DNA of 55,615 nt from Candidatus Saccharimonadota bacterium (GCA_029288315.1 JARIHL010000068.1:1-55615), one strand, 5' to 3'; counted from the first letter of the stretch, positions 27,075 through 36,016 are shown. Numbers and translations are program-made. The notes: generated from the sequence alone by a model not told the origin.

Positions 27075-28403
27075 TCACTTTGTTGAACAACGAACAGCTC
27101 TGACGAGTGGTAATTCCGCCCAACTAGTCATGTAGGCGGGGCTGCGTTGTTCACGTTTACTGTGCCAGGCATTGCGGTCAATGTGCTCGCTTGCGTGACG
27201 CACCAGCCTCGTGTTAAATCGTTTATTAATTGCATCAACAGATCGCATAAGAGCGCTCTGACGCTCAAGACGTTGAGGGTTAGTTTCAAAGAGCGACACC
27301 TGCACAGCTTGGGCCGATTTCAGATCAACTAGTATAACTCCTCCCTTTTTATAACTAAGATCAGGATCATAAATGGCTTGAAGCCCTTTGAGTGCCGCTT
27401 CAATAATTACTCCTGTATCGGCGCTTGGCTGCATTAGACGAATTACTACTGAGGTGCTCTGATATTGCTCGAATCGTCTGGCTGGCCGTAAAAAGATCAT
27501 CACTGCCTCTGTCAATTCTTGCTGAGAACGCAGTTTAGCGCTAGCCTGAGCAGCAAAGGTGGCAATTGCCCCCTCTAATTCATAATAATTACGCATATTG
27601 TGCCCAAAAGAACGTGTACGGGCAATAGATTTTTGGGGCTCACGATCTGTGGCAAGCCTAAACCATACTTCGCCCTTGAGTTCTCTAACAGTTTGTACAC
27701 CTCTGATGCCCATCTGAGCCTGAGCCCAGGCATCACTTACCTGCGCCAGATCATAGGCGGTTGCGATACCTCTCTGGCGAAGTTTTGGAGCTGTTCGCCA
27801 GCCAATCCCCCAGATGTCGCTAACTGATAACCACTTTAGTAATCGTTCCCTATCCATCTCAGTTTGAGCATGGTAAGCGCCCTCAGTTTCAGGTAATTGC
27901 TTTGCATATTCAGCCGCAGCTTTCGCCAACGTTTTGGTTGACGCCACCCCTATTGAGACGGGGATGCCCGTCCACTGAAATATGCACTGACGTAAGGCTC
28001 GGGCCCACCCAGTGTAATCAGAAAGGCGCAGTGAGGAAATTTCTAAAAATGACTCGTCAACAGAGTAGACCTCAACATAAGGAGCTGCAGCCTGTAATAT
28101 TTTAACGACACGCTGCGAAAAGTCGCCATACAGGGGAAAGTTCCCCGAAAACAGCGTAACTTTATGAGCTTCTAATACATCTCTTACCTTAAACAGAGGT
28201 ATGCCCATTGGTACACCGAGAAGTTTGACTTCGTTGCTACGAGCTACAATACATCCGTCATTATTACTGAGTACTGCAACCGGTTTATTCCAGAGGTCAG
28301 GACGAAAAACCCGCTCACAACTAACAAAGAAGTTATTGCAGTCTACTAATGCAAACACTGCACCCCTAGAATCACACACAATCGTATGTCCATTTTGCTT
28401 CAT
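27075..28403 (-). CDS. umuC: Y-family DNA polymerase (Pol V catalytic subunit-like)
   Basis: N-terminus FALVDCNNFFVSCERVFRPDLWNKPVAVLSNNDGCIVARS and SVDESFL are hallmark UmuC/DinB motifs. 442 aa. Confidence 0.9.
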   Translation of the reverse strand: MKQNGHTIVCDSRGAVFALVDCNNFFVSCERVFRPDLWNKPVAVLSNNDGCIVARSNEVKLLGVPMGIPLFKVRDVLEAHKVTLFSGNFPLYGDFSQRVVKILQAAAPYVEVYSVDESFLEISSLRLSDYTGWARALRQCIFQWTGIPVSIGVASTKTLAKAAAEYAKQLPETEGAYHAQTEMDRERLLKWLSVSDIWGIGWRTAPKLRQRGIATAYDLAQVSDAWAQAQMGIRGVQTVRELKGEVWFRLATDREPQKSIARTRSFGHNMRNYYELEGAIATFAAQASAKLRSQQELTEAVMIFLRPARRFEQYQSTSVVIRLMQPSADTGVIIEAALKGLQAIYDPDLSYKKGGVILVDLKSAQAVQVSLFETNPQRLERQSALMRSVDAINKRFNTRLVRHASEHIDRNAWHSKREQRSPAYMTSWAELPLVRAVRCSTK

Positions 28404-28460
28404 TCATGCTTTTTAGCATTTTAGGCTAAAATCAGTAAAAAGATAGCATGACAACTCGCT

Positions 28461-28502
28461 AGGGCACGACCATAACTGCTTTTCAAGTTATGGTCGTGCC
28501 CT
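28461..28502 (-). terminator. strong hairpin between orf111 and umuC
   Basis: Perfect 17-bp stem agggcacgaccataact / agttatggtcgtgccct with an 8-nt loop, 10 nt after the stop at 28512. Confidence 0.6.
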
Positions 28503-28511
28503 CTTCTTCGA

Positions 28512-28847
28512 TTACTTAGAAAAATACCCTCCAGCCCCTTTAATCTCATTAAAAACAATATTCCAGTCCCGCGAAGCATGGGGTAGGTGCCGATCTAATA
28601 CATAGCATTGATTAGGCGTATGGCATTCCAACCGAAATCTCACTCGTATCTGATAGGCCGGAGGTTTTAAAAGGCTATTAAGATCACCGCGCAACTTTCT
28701 CTGAGCCTTCACTATTGCTCGATGAGCATCACGTGCTCTCCCTTGCCACACCACCCGGCTCATTGCAGAATCATAAGCGTTAGGGGCGGTTCTATAATAG
28801 GCGAAGACTTCCCGAACTACCCGATATTTCGGATTCTTCAAGCTCAT
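28512..28847 (-). CDS. basic hypothetical protein inserted between umuD and umuC
   Basis: 111 aa with a strong SD (AGGAGGAGCG before the ATG). No family recognised. Confidence 0.55.
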   Translation of the reverse strand: MSLKNPKYRVVREVFAYYRTAPNAYDSAMSRVVWQGRARDAHRAIVKAQRKLRGDLNSLLKPPAYQIRVRFRLECHTPNQCYVLDRHLPHASRDWNIVFNEIKGAGGYFSK

Positions 28848-28942
28848 CGCTCCTCCTGGAATGCAATAGTAGCTATGCTATCAGGTATGTATTTTTATCG
28901 TAAATCTTCTATTTGTCAATCTAATCTCATGAAATCAAAGTG

Positions 28943-29353
28943 TTAGCGATGTTTATGAATAGTAAAGGTTACTACACCCCAAACAGCCACCTCTGATACT
29001 TCATGTAGGGGAATGGGTGCATATTTGGAATGTTCAGCCATTAGCCAAGCTCGGCTGCCGTCTTTTTTAAGGCGTTTAAGTGTAAAATCACCTTCTACAG
29101 CCGCCACCACAATGTCTCCGCTCCGTGCCTCAAGTGCTTTGTCTACTACCACGATATCTCCCGGGAAAATCCCCGCCCCTGTCATCGAATCTCCTTCTAC
29201 TCGCAAATAATAAGTACTAATGGGGTGTTTCACTAAATAATCATTCAGATCAAGGGCCAAGCCTCCCGCATCTTCAGCTGGATTCGGAAAACCAGCCTTA
29301 ATAGAGGTGTTCATAAGAGATGGGCGGTGTAACGGTATATTCTTTCGAGGCAT
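28943..29353 (-). CDS. umuD: LexA/UmuD-type S24 self-cleaving peptidase
   Basis: GFPNPAEDAGG (Ala-Gly cleavage-site region), VEGDSMTGAGIFPGDIVVVD (catalytic Ser) and FTLKRLKK (catalytic Lys). There is no N-terminal HTH, so it is UmuD-like rather than LexA. Confidence 0.85.
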   Translation of the reverse strand: MPRKNIPLHRPSLMNTSIKAGFPNPAEDAGGLALDLNDYLVKHPISTYYLRVEGDSMTGAGIFPGDIVVVDKALEARSGDIVVAAVEGDFTLKRLKKDGSRAWLMAEHSKYAPIPLHEVSEVAVWGVVTFTIHKHR

Positions 29354-29507
29354 AATTCTTATAGCATAGCACCGCTTGACAAAAGTTAATTGTAGCCATA
29401 GCTAGCTATAGAGGTTAGGAGCTGGACCAAAATAACCATAATCTCATTGACATGTTGTCATGTATGTTACACTATACTTAAAGAAGTACTGTAAGGAGGT
29501 TTCAGAG

Positions 29508-30890
29508 GTGCAGAAGTTGTCGATTTTTATTAATTATGTGCGATTTGTTCAGAGCAGTAAGTTTTTGATGGCGAGCGCAGTAGTGGCAGGAATAAGTTTG
29601 TTTGTAATTACAGGAGTATTGCGACCTCAGTCTGTGGCAGCTGCTCTGCCACGAGATTGTGATGCAAATTCTATTATCAACTGTGGCGCAGTCACGAAAG
29701 AAGAATTTGTGCAGAAATACAATCAAAACCAACCTGGCGACCTCAAAGCCGTATATGAACACTTTGGTTTAAGCCAAAGCGAAATTGAGCGCTTTCAGCA
29801 AACTGCCAAAATGGGGACCGTCTATAAAGATGGCCGAGTAGTCGTTGACGGTAAGGTGGTAGGCACTCATGCCACCAGTATTGGCCGTCACAATAAGCCT
29901 TCCTCGACTCCTTTAAACATTGCCGGTAAAACCTACTATACTCGTACTAATCAGACAGCTTTTCAATCTGATGCTATCCAGGCGCATGTGATGATGAATG
30001 GTGATCAAGCAGAGTTTATTGCGCTCACCTCTTGCGGTAATCCTGTTACTGTTACCCATCCAGTTCAGCCAACTTATCGTTGTGACATGCTTAATCGTGA
30101 ACAGATTGATCGCGATACTTATAAATTTAGTACTAAAGTGACGGCGAAAGATGGTGCCAAGCTTACCAAAGTGGTGTACGAGTTTGGTGATGGCCAAAAA
30201 GTTGAAAAAACTAACCCAACAGAGGTAGTAACTCACACGTATCAAAAAACTGGCGATTTTACCGCCAAAGTGACAGCTTACTTCGAGGTGAACGGCAAAA
30301 CGCAAACTCATACCACCGCTGAATGCACAAAACCAGTCGAAATTAAGCCTGAAGCTGAAAAACCAACCTATAAGTGCACCTCTCTGACCGCTCGGCAGAT
30401 TACACGTAATAAGTATGAATTTACAGCTAACGCCACTGTAACTGGTGATGCCCACCTAAAAGACGCTAAATTTGACTTTGACGATGGGCAAACCGCTGAA
30501 GGCATTATCCCAACAGAGAGCAATAAGGTAGTTGTAGAACATGAATACGCAAAAGAAGACTCTTATACCATTGTTGCTACCCTGAACTTTACCGTTGCCA
30601 ACGGCGTCAAAAGTGACAAATGCGAGGTAAGGATTACCGTTTCACCAGAAACGTGCCCTATTAACCCATCTGTTTCAAAAAATAGCCCCGAGTGTGAACC
30701 ATGCCCACATAACAAGGATCTATCGAAAAACTCTCCTGAATGTAAAGCTCCAGAAACTCCTAAGAATTTGCCGAGCACTGGCCCAGCCGAAATGATCAGT
30801 GGTGCCCTTGGTTTTGGCAGTATCATGACCGCTGGTAGTTATTATCTGCGCAGTCGGCGTGATCTGTTAGCGGTTATCTTTAAACGCTAA
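29508..30890 (+). CDS. LPSTG-anchored surface protein with three PKD/Ig-like repeats
   Basis: GTG start 8 nt after AAGGAGG (an alternative ATG lies further in). It has a signal peptide. A Y(K/R)C-led repeat of about 95 aa occurs three times (YRCDMLNREQI..., YKCTSLTARQI...). The C-terminus is NLPSTGP plus a hydrophobic helix plus RSRRDLL, which is a sortase sorting signal. Confidence 0.8.
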   Translation: MQKLSIFINYVRFVQSSKFLMASAVVAGISLFVITGVLRPQSVAAALPRDCDANSIINCGAVTKEEFVQKYNQNQPGDLKAVYEHFGLSQSEIERFQQTAKMGTVYKDGRVVVDGKVVGTHATSIGRHNKPSSTPLNIAGKTYYTRTNQTAFQSDAIQAHVMMNGDQAEFIALTSCGNPVTVTHPVQPTYRCDMLNREQIDRDTYKFSTKVTAKDGAKLTKVVYEFGDGQKVEKTNPTEVVTHTYQKTGDFTAKVTAYFEVNGKTQTHTTAECTKPVEIKPEAEKPTYKCTSLTARQITRNKYEFTANATVTGDAHLKDAKFDFDDGQTAEGIIPTESNKVVVEHEYAKEDSYTIVATLNFTVANGVKSDKCEVRITVSPETCPINPSVSKNSPECEPCPHNKDLSKNSPECKAPETPKNLPSTGPAEMISGALGFGSIMTAGSYYLRSRRDLLAVIFKR

Positions 30891-30910
30891 TGATCACCCC
30901 TGTTAATGGA

Positions 30911-30942
30911 ATAAGCCTCATCTGTTATAAGATGAGGCTTAT
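30911..30942 (+). terminator. hairpin terminator
   Basis: 12-bp stem ataagcctcatc / gatgaggcttat with an 8-nt loop, 21 nt after the stop. Confidence 0.65.
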
Positions 30943-30947
30943 CGTTA

Positions 30948-31123
30948 TATAAGCACAACTTGCTGGCTAACAGATACGAAATCCCATAAACACTGGGGTG
31001 GCACGCGGCGGGGCGGCCCCAAAAATGTTTTTTTGTACTCAGAAAAAATTTTAGGGGCGGACCGCGTGACAGGACCCCTTCCAAAAGGATTTCGTATCTG
31101 TTAGCCAGCAAGTTGTGCTTATA
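30948..31123. repeat. 176-bp palindromic element (37-bp perfect arms, GC-rich partly palindromic core)
   Basis: tataagcacaacttgctggctaacagatacgaaatcc (30948-30984) is the exact reverse complement of 31087-31123. The core also pairs partially (ggggtggcacgcgg.. / ..ccgcgtgacaggacccc). The outer TA dinucleotides cannot be told apart from a TA target duplication. Confidence 0.85.
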
Positions 31124-31688
31124 ACCTACTATGATATAACTATTGACAATTTTTGATAATAATGATATATTTAGTCCTGTCATCGTTTTGCGGCATGTGA
31201 GGTGGAGATCTCTAGCCCAGAAGATGGGTACCATAACATATAATGTATTTGCCTGAATATCGGCTCGTTCGAGATCAGGCTTTTCTTATACAAGGTACCT
31301 TTGTCTTTAGCGGTTCCGCGAGATGAGAAGGGCACATTAACAAGTCGAATCATTACAGTTCATTTAGCTACTTAACCAGTGTAGCGATGCGTTCTTTCGA
31401 AAGGCATCGCCGCAATCCTCGCCTTCCTGAGAGGGCGCTTCGCTGCACTGCAATAACAGTAGCAGCTGGCTACCAATGGCCTTCACAGGCCGTGTTTAGT
31501 CAGTTAGATATAGCATCTGCAAGCTGCTTTAGCTTGATGTGTCGCATTTGGCGTTTTGCCGGCTTCTTTATTATATAAAGCCGTCAGCACGCCAAATGTG
31601 TACTGTCTCGCGAGCAGCGCACATCAGCCTCCGACGTGGAGGCATTTGGCACTGTCAAAAGTACCGAAGACTCCACGAAGGAGATATC

Positions 31689-32708
31689 GTGACCACCGTA
31701 ACCAACAACCCCCAGCCCACCACTGACACTCAGGCACTGCGCGACCTCGAGGCGGCTCTGGGCCGTATCGTCAGTCAGCAAACGTCTGGCATGCAGAGCA
31801 AGATCGATCAGGTCACTGCTGGACAGGCCGACCTGACCGGTGTTCGCCAGGCCCTCGAGGCTCTCGACCCGATCGTGTCCCGTCACACGGACCAGATCGG
31901 CGACCTGAACAGTCGGCTGGGTACCATCGCCAGCCTCCTCCAGACCGCTGGCACCACGCTGCTGCAGCAGGCGCAAAACCTGCCCAGCGGTAACCTGGAC
32001 TCTAGCGCGCTCACCGCGAGCCGCCAGCAGCTTCAGGAGGTCGCCCAGCAGCTTCAGGAGGTCGCGGCCACCGCCGCATCCCGCCTGGAGCGGATCGAGA
32101 CGGCGCTGGGAATGGACCCGGACACCGGGCGCTCCCGCGTTCTCGACGACCACGGTTGGCGGCTTCACCATGTCAGCAACGCGCTGGACATGGATGCAAC
32201 TGGCCAGTCTGGTCACGTCAACAAGATCAACGCTCTGCTCGGTCTCGACCGTCCCGACGGTCAGCCCGACATCATCAAAGAGCTGACCGCTGGACAGGAG
32301 GCCATTGCAACAGCAGTCGCTGGAGTCAACTCCGCGCTGCTCATGCAGCCGGATGGTCGCGCGGACCGCATTGAGCGGATCGAAAGCCGGGTCGCCGCCC
32401 TGGAGAACCAGGGAGGCGGGCTCGGTAGGTCGCTACTGATCGGCGGAGCCGTCGGTCTGGTAACGTGGCTGTTCGTCGCCGTCGTCTTTGCCACCCCTGG
32501 ATGGGTGGATATCGTGATCGGTCTTACGACCTTCCTGGCCGTGACTGGTGTTGCGATGTTCCTTGGTGGCGGTAACAGCCGTCGTCCGGCTCGGCCTCGC
32601 CACACACCGCGGCGAGTTGTCCCGACACGGACCCCAGCGCCGGCAAACCAGCGAGGTAACGGTCAGAACCCTGCCACACCGGCCAACCCGCCGGCAAACC
32701 AGGCCTGA
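31689..32708 (+). CDS. coiled-coil membrane protein with a Pro/Arg-rich tail (high-GC, actinobacterial style)
   Basis: GTG at 31689, 5 nt after GAAGGAG. About 250 aa of heptad-like coiled coil include the tandem QQLQEVAQQLQEVA. Two or three TM helices follow (LLIGGAVGLVTWLFVAVVF, IVIGLTTFLAVTGVAMFLGG), then RRPARPRHTPRRVVPTRTPAPANQ. Confidence 0.65.
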   Translation: MTTVTNNPQPTTDTQALRDLEAALGRIVSQQTSGMQSKIDQVTAGQADLTGVRQALEALDPIVSRHTDQIGDLNSRLGTIASLLQTAGTTLLQQAQNLPSGNLDSSALTASRQQLQEVAQQLQEVAATAASRLERIETALGMDPDTGRSRVLDDHGWRLHHVSNALDMDATGQSGHVNKINALLGLDRPDGQPDIIKELTAGQEAIATAVAGVNSALLMQPDGRADRIERIESRVAALENQGGGLGRSLLIGGAVGLVTWLFVAVVFATPGWVDIVIGLTTFLAVTGVAMFLGGGNSRRPARPRHTPRRVVPTRTPAPANQRGNGQNPATPANPPANQA

Positions 32709-32714
32709 GTAATT

Positions 32715-32750
32715 GGCCCAGCCAGAGTGATTTTCTACTCTGGCTGGGCC
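32715..32750 (+). terminator. intercistronic hairpin
   Basis: Perfect 14-bp stem ggcccagccagagt / actctggctgggcc between the two island genes. Confidence 0.5.
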
Positions 32751-32775
32751 ATCCCCACACTTCAAGGAGAAGTAA

Positions 32776-33816
32776 ATGCCAAACAGACGCAGACGCGCAG
32801 GCGGACTAGTGTTGGCTAGCAGTGGGGTGCTCCTGACCCTGCTGTTTGCCCTGGTCCTTCTCGGTGTCGTTCCCTCACCCATTCCGGGCGTCGGGCCGGC
32901 ACCGGCACAAGCAGCTCAGACGTGCATCAACGAGGTGCACGTTCATTACTACGATCACAACAAGAACCACCCTGGCGATTTCGGCGCACCAGTCACCACG
33001 ACCGATGCCACCGAAGCCACGGAAATCGAACGGCAAACCCGGTGTGAAGATCCATACATCACGGCCAGTCACATGGCTGAAAAAGGGTGGATCACCAATA
33101 CCGATTCGGCCATCCAGGCTGAAGCTGAACGATACCAACTTGATCGAGTCGCCTGGCAACAGTCACTCGATCGCTTAGATCGATGGGAAGAAGGAGCTAC
33201 TGCTACCATCGAAGATGCGCCGTCTTCATACTGGACGTACGCGATGCGGGCTGGTGCCGATCGTACTTCGGTGTCAGTTTACCAAACGCATGTTGCGCAT
33301 GGCTCAGGTAAGGTTCTGGTCTATCGGCGTGACGGCGTGACCGTTATGCACCGGTTAGACTGCTTGTTCCAGCCGGTCAGCGTCCAGCAACTTCCCGAGC
33401 AAGTACCTCCAATCCGAGAGGTGCCCAAGGGACAAGGTGGCGAACAGCCTCCGGGCTCACCGCCGCCGAGCAGTTCGGTTCCGCCGCCACCCGGTACGGG
33501 TGACTGCAAGCCCAACTGCCCGACCACGACCGTCCCTCCGCCGCCGAGTGATGATTGTCATGACCGTGGAGACTGCAAGTCGTCCAATCCGGACGACTAT
33601 GTCTACCCTGATGGCAAACAGAAGGTGGATGCACCTGGCGCAGCCGATCCGGCTCCGCTAGTAGTGGAAACCCAACGGCATGAGCCGGAGCCTGCGCCAG
33701 TCATCACACCTGGTAACACAACCGACGACACTCCTGTCGACACCGGTAGTGACACCAACCACGGAACCGTTCCAACGGATCCGGGGCAAGGATGCACCAA
33801 CCCCGACTTCTGCTGA
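32776..33816 (+). CDS. secreted Cys-containing protein with a Pro-rich C-terminal half (high-GC)
   Basis: RRRR-containing signal peptide MPNRRRRAGGLVLASSGVLLTLLFALVLLGVV ... AQA. GGAGAAG lies 4 nt upstream of the ATG. It has PPPSSSVPPPPGTGDCKPNCPTTTVPPPPSDDC linkers. No family recognised. Confidence 0.65.
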   Translation: MPNRRRRAGGLVLASSGVLLTLLFALVLLGVVPSPIPGVGPAPAQAAQTCINEVHVHYYDHNKNHPGDFGAPVTTTDATEATEIERQTRCEDPYITASHMAEKGWITNTDSAIQAEAERYQLDRVAWQQSLDRLDRWEEGATATIEDAPSSYWTYAMRAGADRTSVSVYQTHVAHGSGKVLVYRRDGVTVMHRLDCLFQPVSVQQLPEQVPPIREVPKGQGGEQPPGSPPPSSSVPPPPGTGDCKPNCPTTTVPPPPSDDCHDRGDCKSSNPDDYVYPDGKQKVDAPGAADPAPLVVETQRHEPEPAPVITPGNTTDDTPVDTGSDTNHGTVPTDPGQGCTNPDFC

Positions 33817-33867
33817 TCCAGCAGAAGTCGGGCGGGGCCTGCCGGGCAATCATGCCCGGCAGGCCCC
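33803..33867 (+). terminator. two tandem GC-rich hairpins ending the island operon
   Basis: The 13-bp stem ccgacttctgctg / cagcagaagtcgg spans the stop codon. It is followed by the 14-bp stem ggggcctgccgggc / gcccggcaggcccc. Confidence 0.65.
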
Positions 33868-34081
33868 AGAGGCCCTATGCTATATCTATCACTCCGAGAG
33901 GGTGTACTAATTGTCGAGCCTTACAGCTCCAAGACGTACACTCCTCTCGAGAAAAACCTTATACATGATGTGACCTGTAATGATTCGACTTAAAGTGCCT
34001 GAGGAACGTTAACAATTTGGACCAAAGAGATTTGCAATTTAATCAAGTTTACTATTTAATTACTAATACTAAGGAGACTAT

Positions 34082-36016
34082 ATGAAGAAGCTACTTGAAA
34101 AGCTTCGTCGCGCACCCAAGCAGGTGGCGTTGACAGCACTTGCTGTTGCCGCCATTGTGACCCCCGCCATTGCCATGGCTTGGGGCCCAGATCGTGCAAC
34201 CTTTACGATCGCTAACCCTGCTCCGTACGTGACGTTTAACTCGATCACCGACAACCCTGCACACGGTGACGAACGCAATTTTATGCAGGTAAAGCCGACT
34301 GGCGCTCCTAATTCTGCTTACAGCGAGAAAGTGAACGTCGAAGCTGGCAAAGAGTATGACGTTTTTGTCTACTATCACAACAACGCAAAAACAAGCCTTA
34401 ACGCCAGCGGTGTTGGTATTGCTCAAGGGGCGAAAGTCCGTGCGCAAATTCCTGCCGTTGTCGAAGGTGATAAAAAGGCCGTGAGTTATATTGAAGCTGA
34501 CAACGCCAATCCTAAAAGTGTTTGGGACGATGTTACTTTTGCCAGCGCAACCAAACTGAACCTTGACTATGTACCTGGCTCAGCCACCATTCACAGCAAG
34601 GGTAAAGTAAACGGTAAAACACTACCTGACAGTATTGTCGCTGGTGGTGCAGCCCTTGGTTATGACGACCTTAACGGTGTATTGCCTGGCTGTGAGCAGT
34701 TTTCTGGCTACGTGGTTTTCCGCGTCAAAGCCACTGCTGAAAAGCCCGACTTCACCATCAAAAAGGAAGTCCGCGAAGCTGATAAAAACGCCACTTGGGC
34801 CGAGAACGTTAAAGTCGCTCCCGGTACCAAGGTTAATTACCGTCTTACCTTTACCAACACTGGTAAAACCGATCTCAAGAATGTTCAATTGAAAGATCAA
34901 CTGCCTGCTGGTATGTCAATCGTATCTGGCAGCGTAAAGATCATGAATGCTTCACATCCAAATGGCGCGCCAATTACAAATGGTGACCAGCTGGTTGCTA
35001 ATGGTGTCAACATTGGTTCTTACACCCCTGGTTCTAACGCGCTTGTCGTGTTTGACGCAACAGTTGCCGCCGAGAAAGATTTGCCCTGTGGTAAGAAAAC
35101 TTTCCGTAACGTCGCCAGCGCTAAGCCAGAAGGCCAGAATCCAAAAGAGGACGATGCCAATGTTGAAACTGAAAAGAAGTGTGAAGAGACAAAACAGCCA
35201 ATCTATAAGTGTACTGGCTTAAATGTCGAGACAATCTCGCCTACCCAGTTTAAATTTACTGGTGAAAAGCAGGTTGAGAACGCTGAATTCGTGAAATTCA
35301 TCTACGTTATCCGTGATGAAGCTGGCAAAGAAATTGCCCGCAACGAGCAAGGTGGTTTTACCATCGACAAAGTTGGTAAGTACACTGCTGAAGCAATCTT
35401 GGTGGTTAAAGTTGACGGCCAAGAGAAGCAAGCTACTGCTGCTGAATGTAAGAAACCTTTCGAAGTGAAAGAACAACCCAAGCAGCCAGTATACCGCTGT
35501 GACTCATTAACCGTTAAACCAGTTCGCATTGATGGCAAAGACAGCCGTGACCAGTTTGAGTTTACGGTTCAGCCGTACTCTGAAGGTAACGTAAAAGTCA
35601 AAGAATACAGCTTTGACTACGATGACGGTCAAACTCAGATCGTCGGTGCCGACCAAAAAACAGTGAAGCATACCTATCAGAAAGCTGGTGACTACACTGC
35701 CAAGGTAGCAATTACCTTCGAAGTTGATAGCAAAACCGTCCCTGGTGTTACCGGTGACAAATGTAAGGTTAGCCTGAATGTTAAACCTGTACCTCCTGCA
35801 GAATGTAAGCCCGGCATTCCGATGAATGACGCGCGCTGTGAGGAAAAGCCAGGTCAACCAGGCCAGCCTGAACAACCAAAAACACCTGAGTCATTGCCTT
35901 CAACTGGCCCAGAAGCCATCCTCGGCAGTCTCTTTGGTTCAAGCGCGCTTGGTCTTGGTGTGCACACGTGGCTGAACAGCCGCCGTGCCCTCCGCAGCGT
36001 CGTAAACAAGAAGTAA
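34082..36016 (+). CDS. LPSTG-anchored surface protein (DUF11/Cna-B-like domain plus PKD/Ig-like repeats)
   Basis: TAAGGAG upstream and a signal peptide. TFTNTGKTDLKNVQLKDQLPAGMSIVSGSVKI is DUF11-type. Two Y(K/R)C-led repeats are paralogous to those of the 29508 gene (for example FDYDDGQTQ...HTYQKAGDYTAKV vs FGDGQKV...HTYQKTGDFTAKV). The C-terminus is SLPSTGP plus a helix plus NSRRALR. Confidence 0.85.
   Translation: MKKLLEKLRRAPKQVALTALAVAAIVTPAIAMAWGPDRATFTIANPAPYVTFNSITDNPAHGDERNFMQVKPTGAPNSAYSEKVNVEAGKEYDVFVYYHNNAKTSLNASGVGIAQGAKVRAQIPAVVEGDKKAVSYIEADNANPKSVWDDVTFASATKLNLDYVPGSATIHSKGKVNGKTLPDSIVAGGAALGYDDLNGVLPGCEQFSGYVVFRVKATAEKPDFTIKKEVREADKNATWAENVKVAPGTKVNYRLTFTNTGKTDLKNVQLKDQLPAGMSIVSGSVKIMNASHPNGAPITNGDQLVANGVNIGSYTPGSNALVVFDATVAAEKDLPCGKKTFRNVASAKPEGQNPKEDDANVETEKKCEETKQPIYKCTGLNVETISPTQFKFTGEKQVENAEFVKFIYVIRDEAGKEIARNEQGGFTIDKVGKYTAEAILVVKVDGQEKQATAAECKKPFEVKEQPKQPVYRCDSLTVKPVRIDGKDSRDQFEFTVQPYSEGNVKVKEYSFDYDDGQTQIVGADQKTVKHTYQKAGDYTAKVAITFEVDSKTVPGVTGDKCKVSLNVKPVPPAECKPGIPMNDARCEEKPGQPGQPEQPKTPESLPSTGPEAILGSLFGSSALGLGVHTWLNSRRALRSVVNKK

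Larger units (their letters stand above)
31331..33999. mobile_element. inverted-repeat-bounded high-GC two-gene cassette (non-autonomous transposon-like)
   Basis: Left end ggcacattaacaagtcgaatcattacagttca (31331-31362), against the reverse complement of 33971-33999, ggcactttaagtcgaatcattacaggtca. The perfect 17-mer core lies at 31342-31358 / 33975-33991. No transposase lies inside. Flanks tgagaag / tgaggaa match at 5 of 7 positions. Confidence 0.45.

Noticed and set aside
29449-29486. Sigma-70-type promoter for the LPSTG gene (TTGACA at 29449).
   Set aside because: The candidate -10 hexamers (TACACT, TATACT) lie at spacings of 15 and 20 nt, which is not convincing enough to report.
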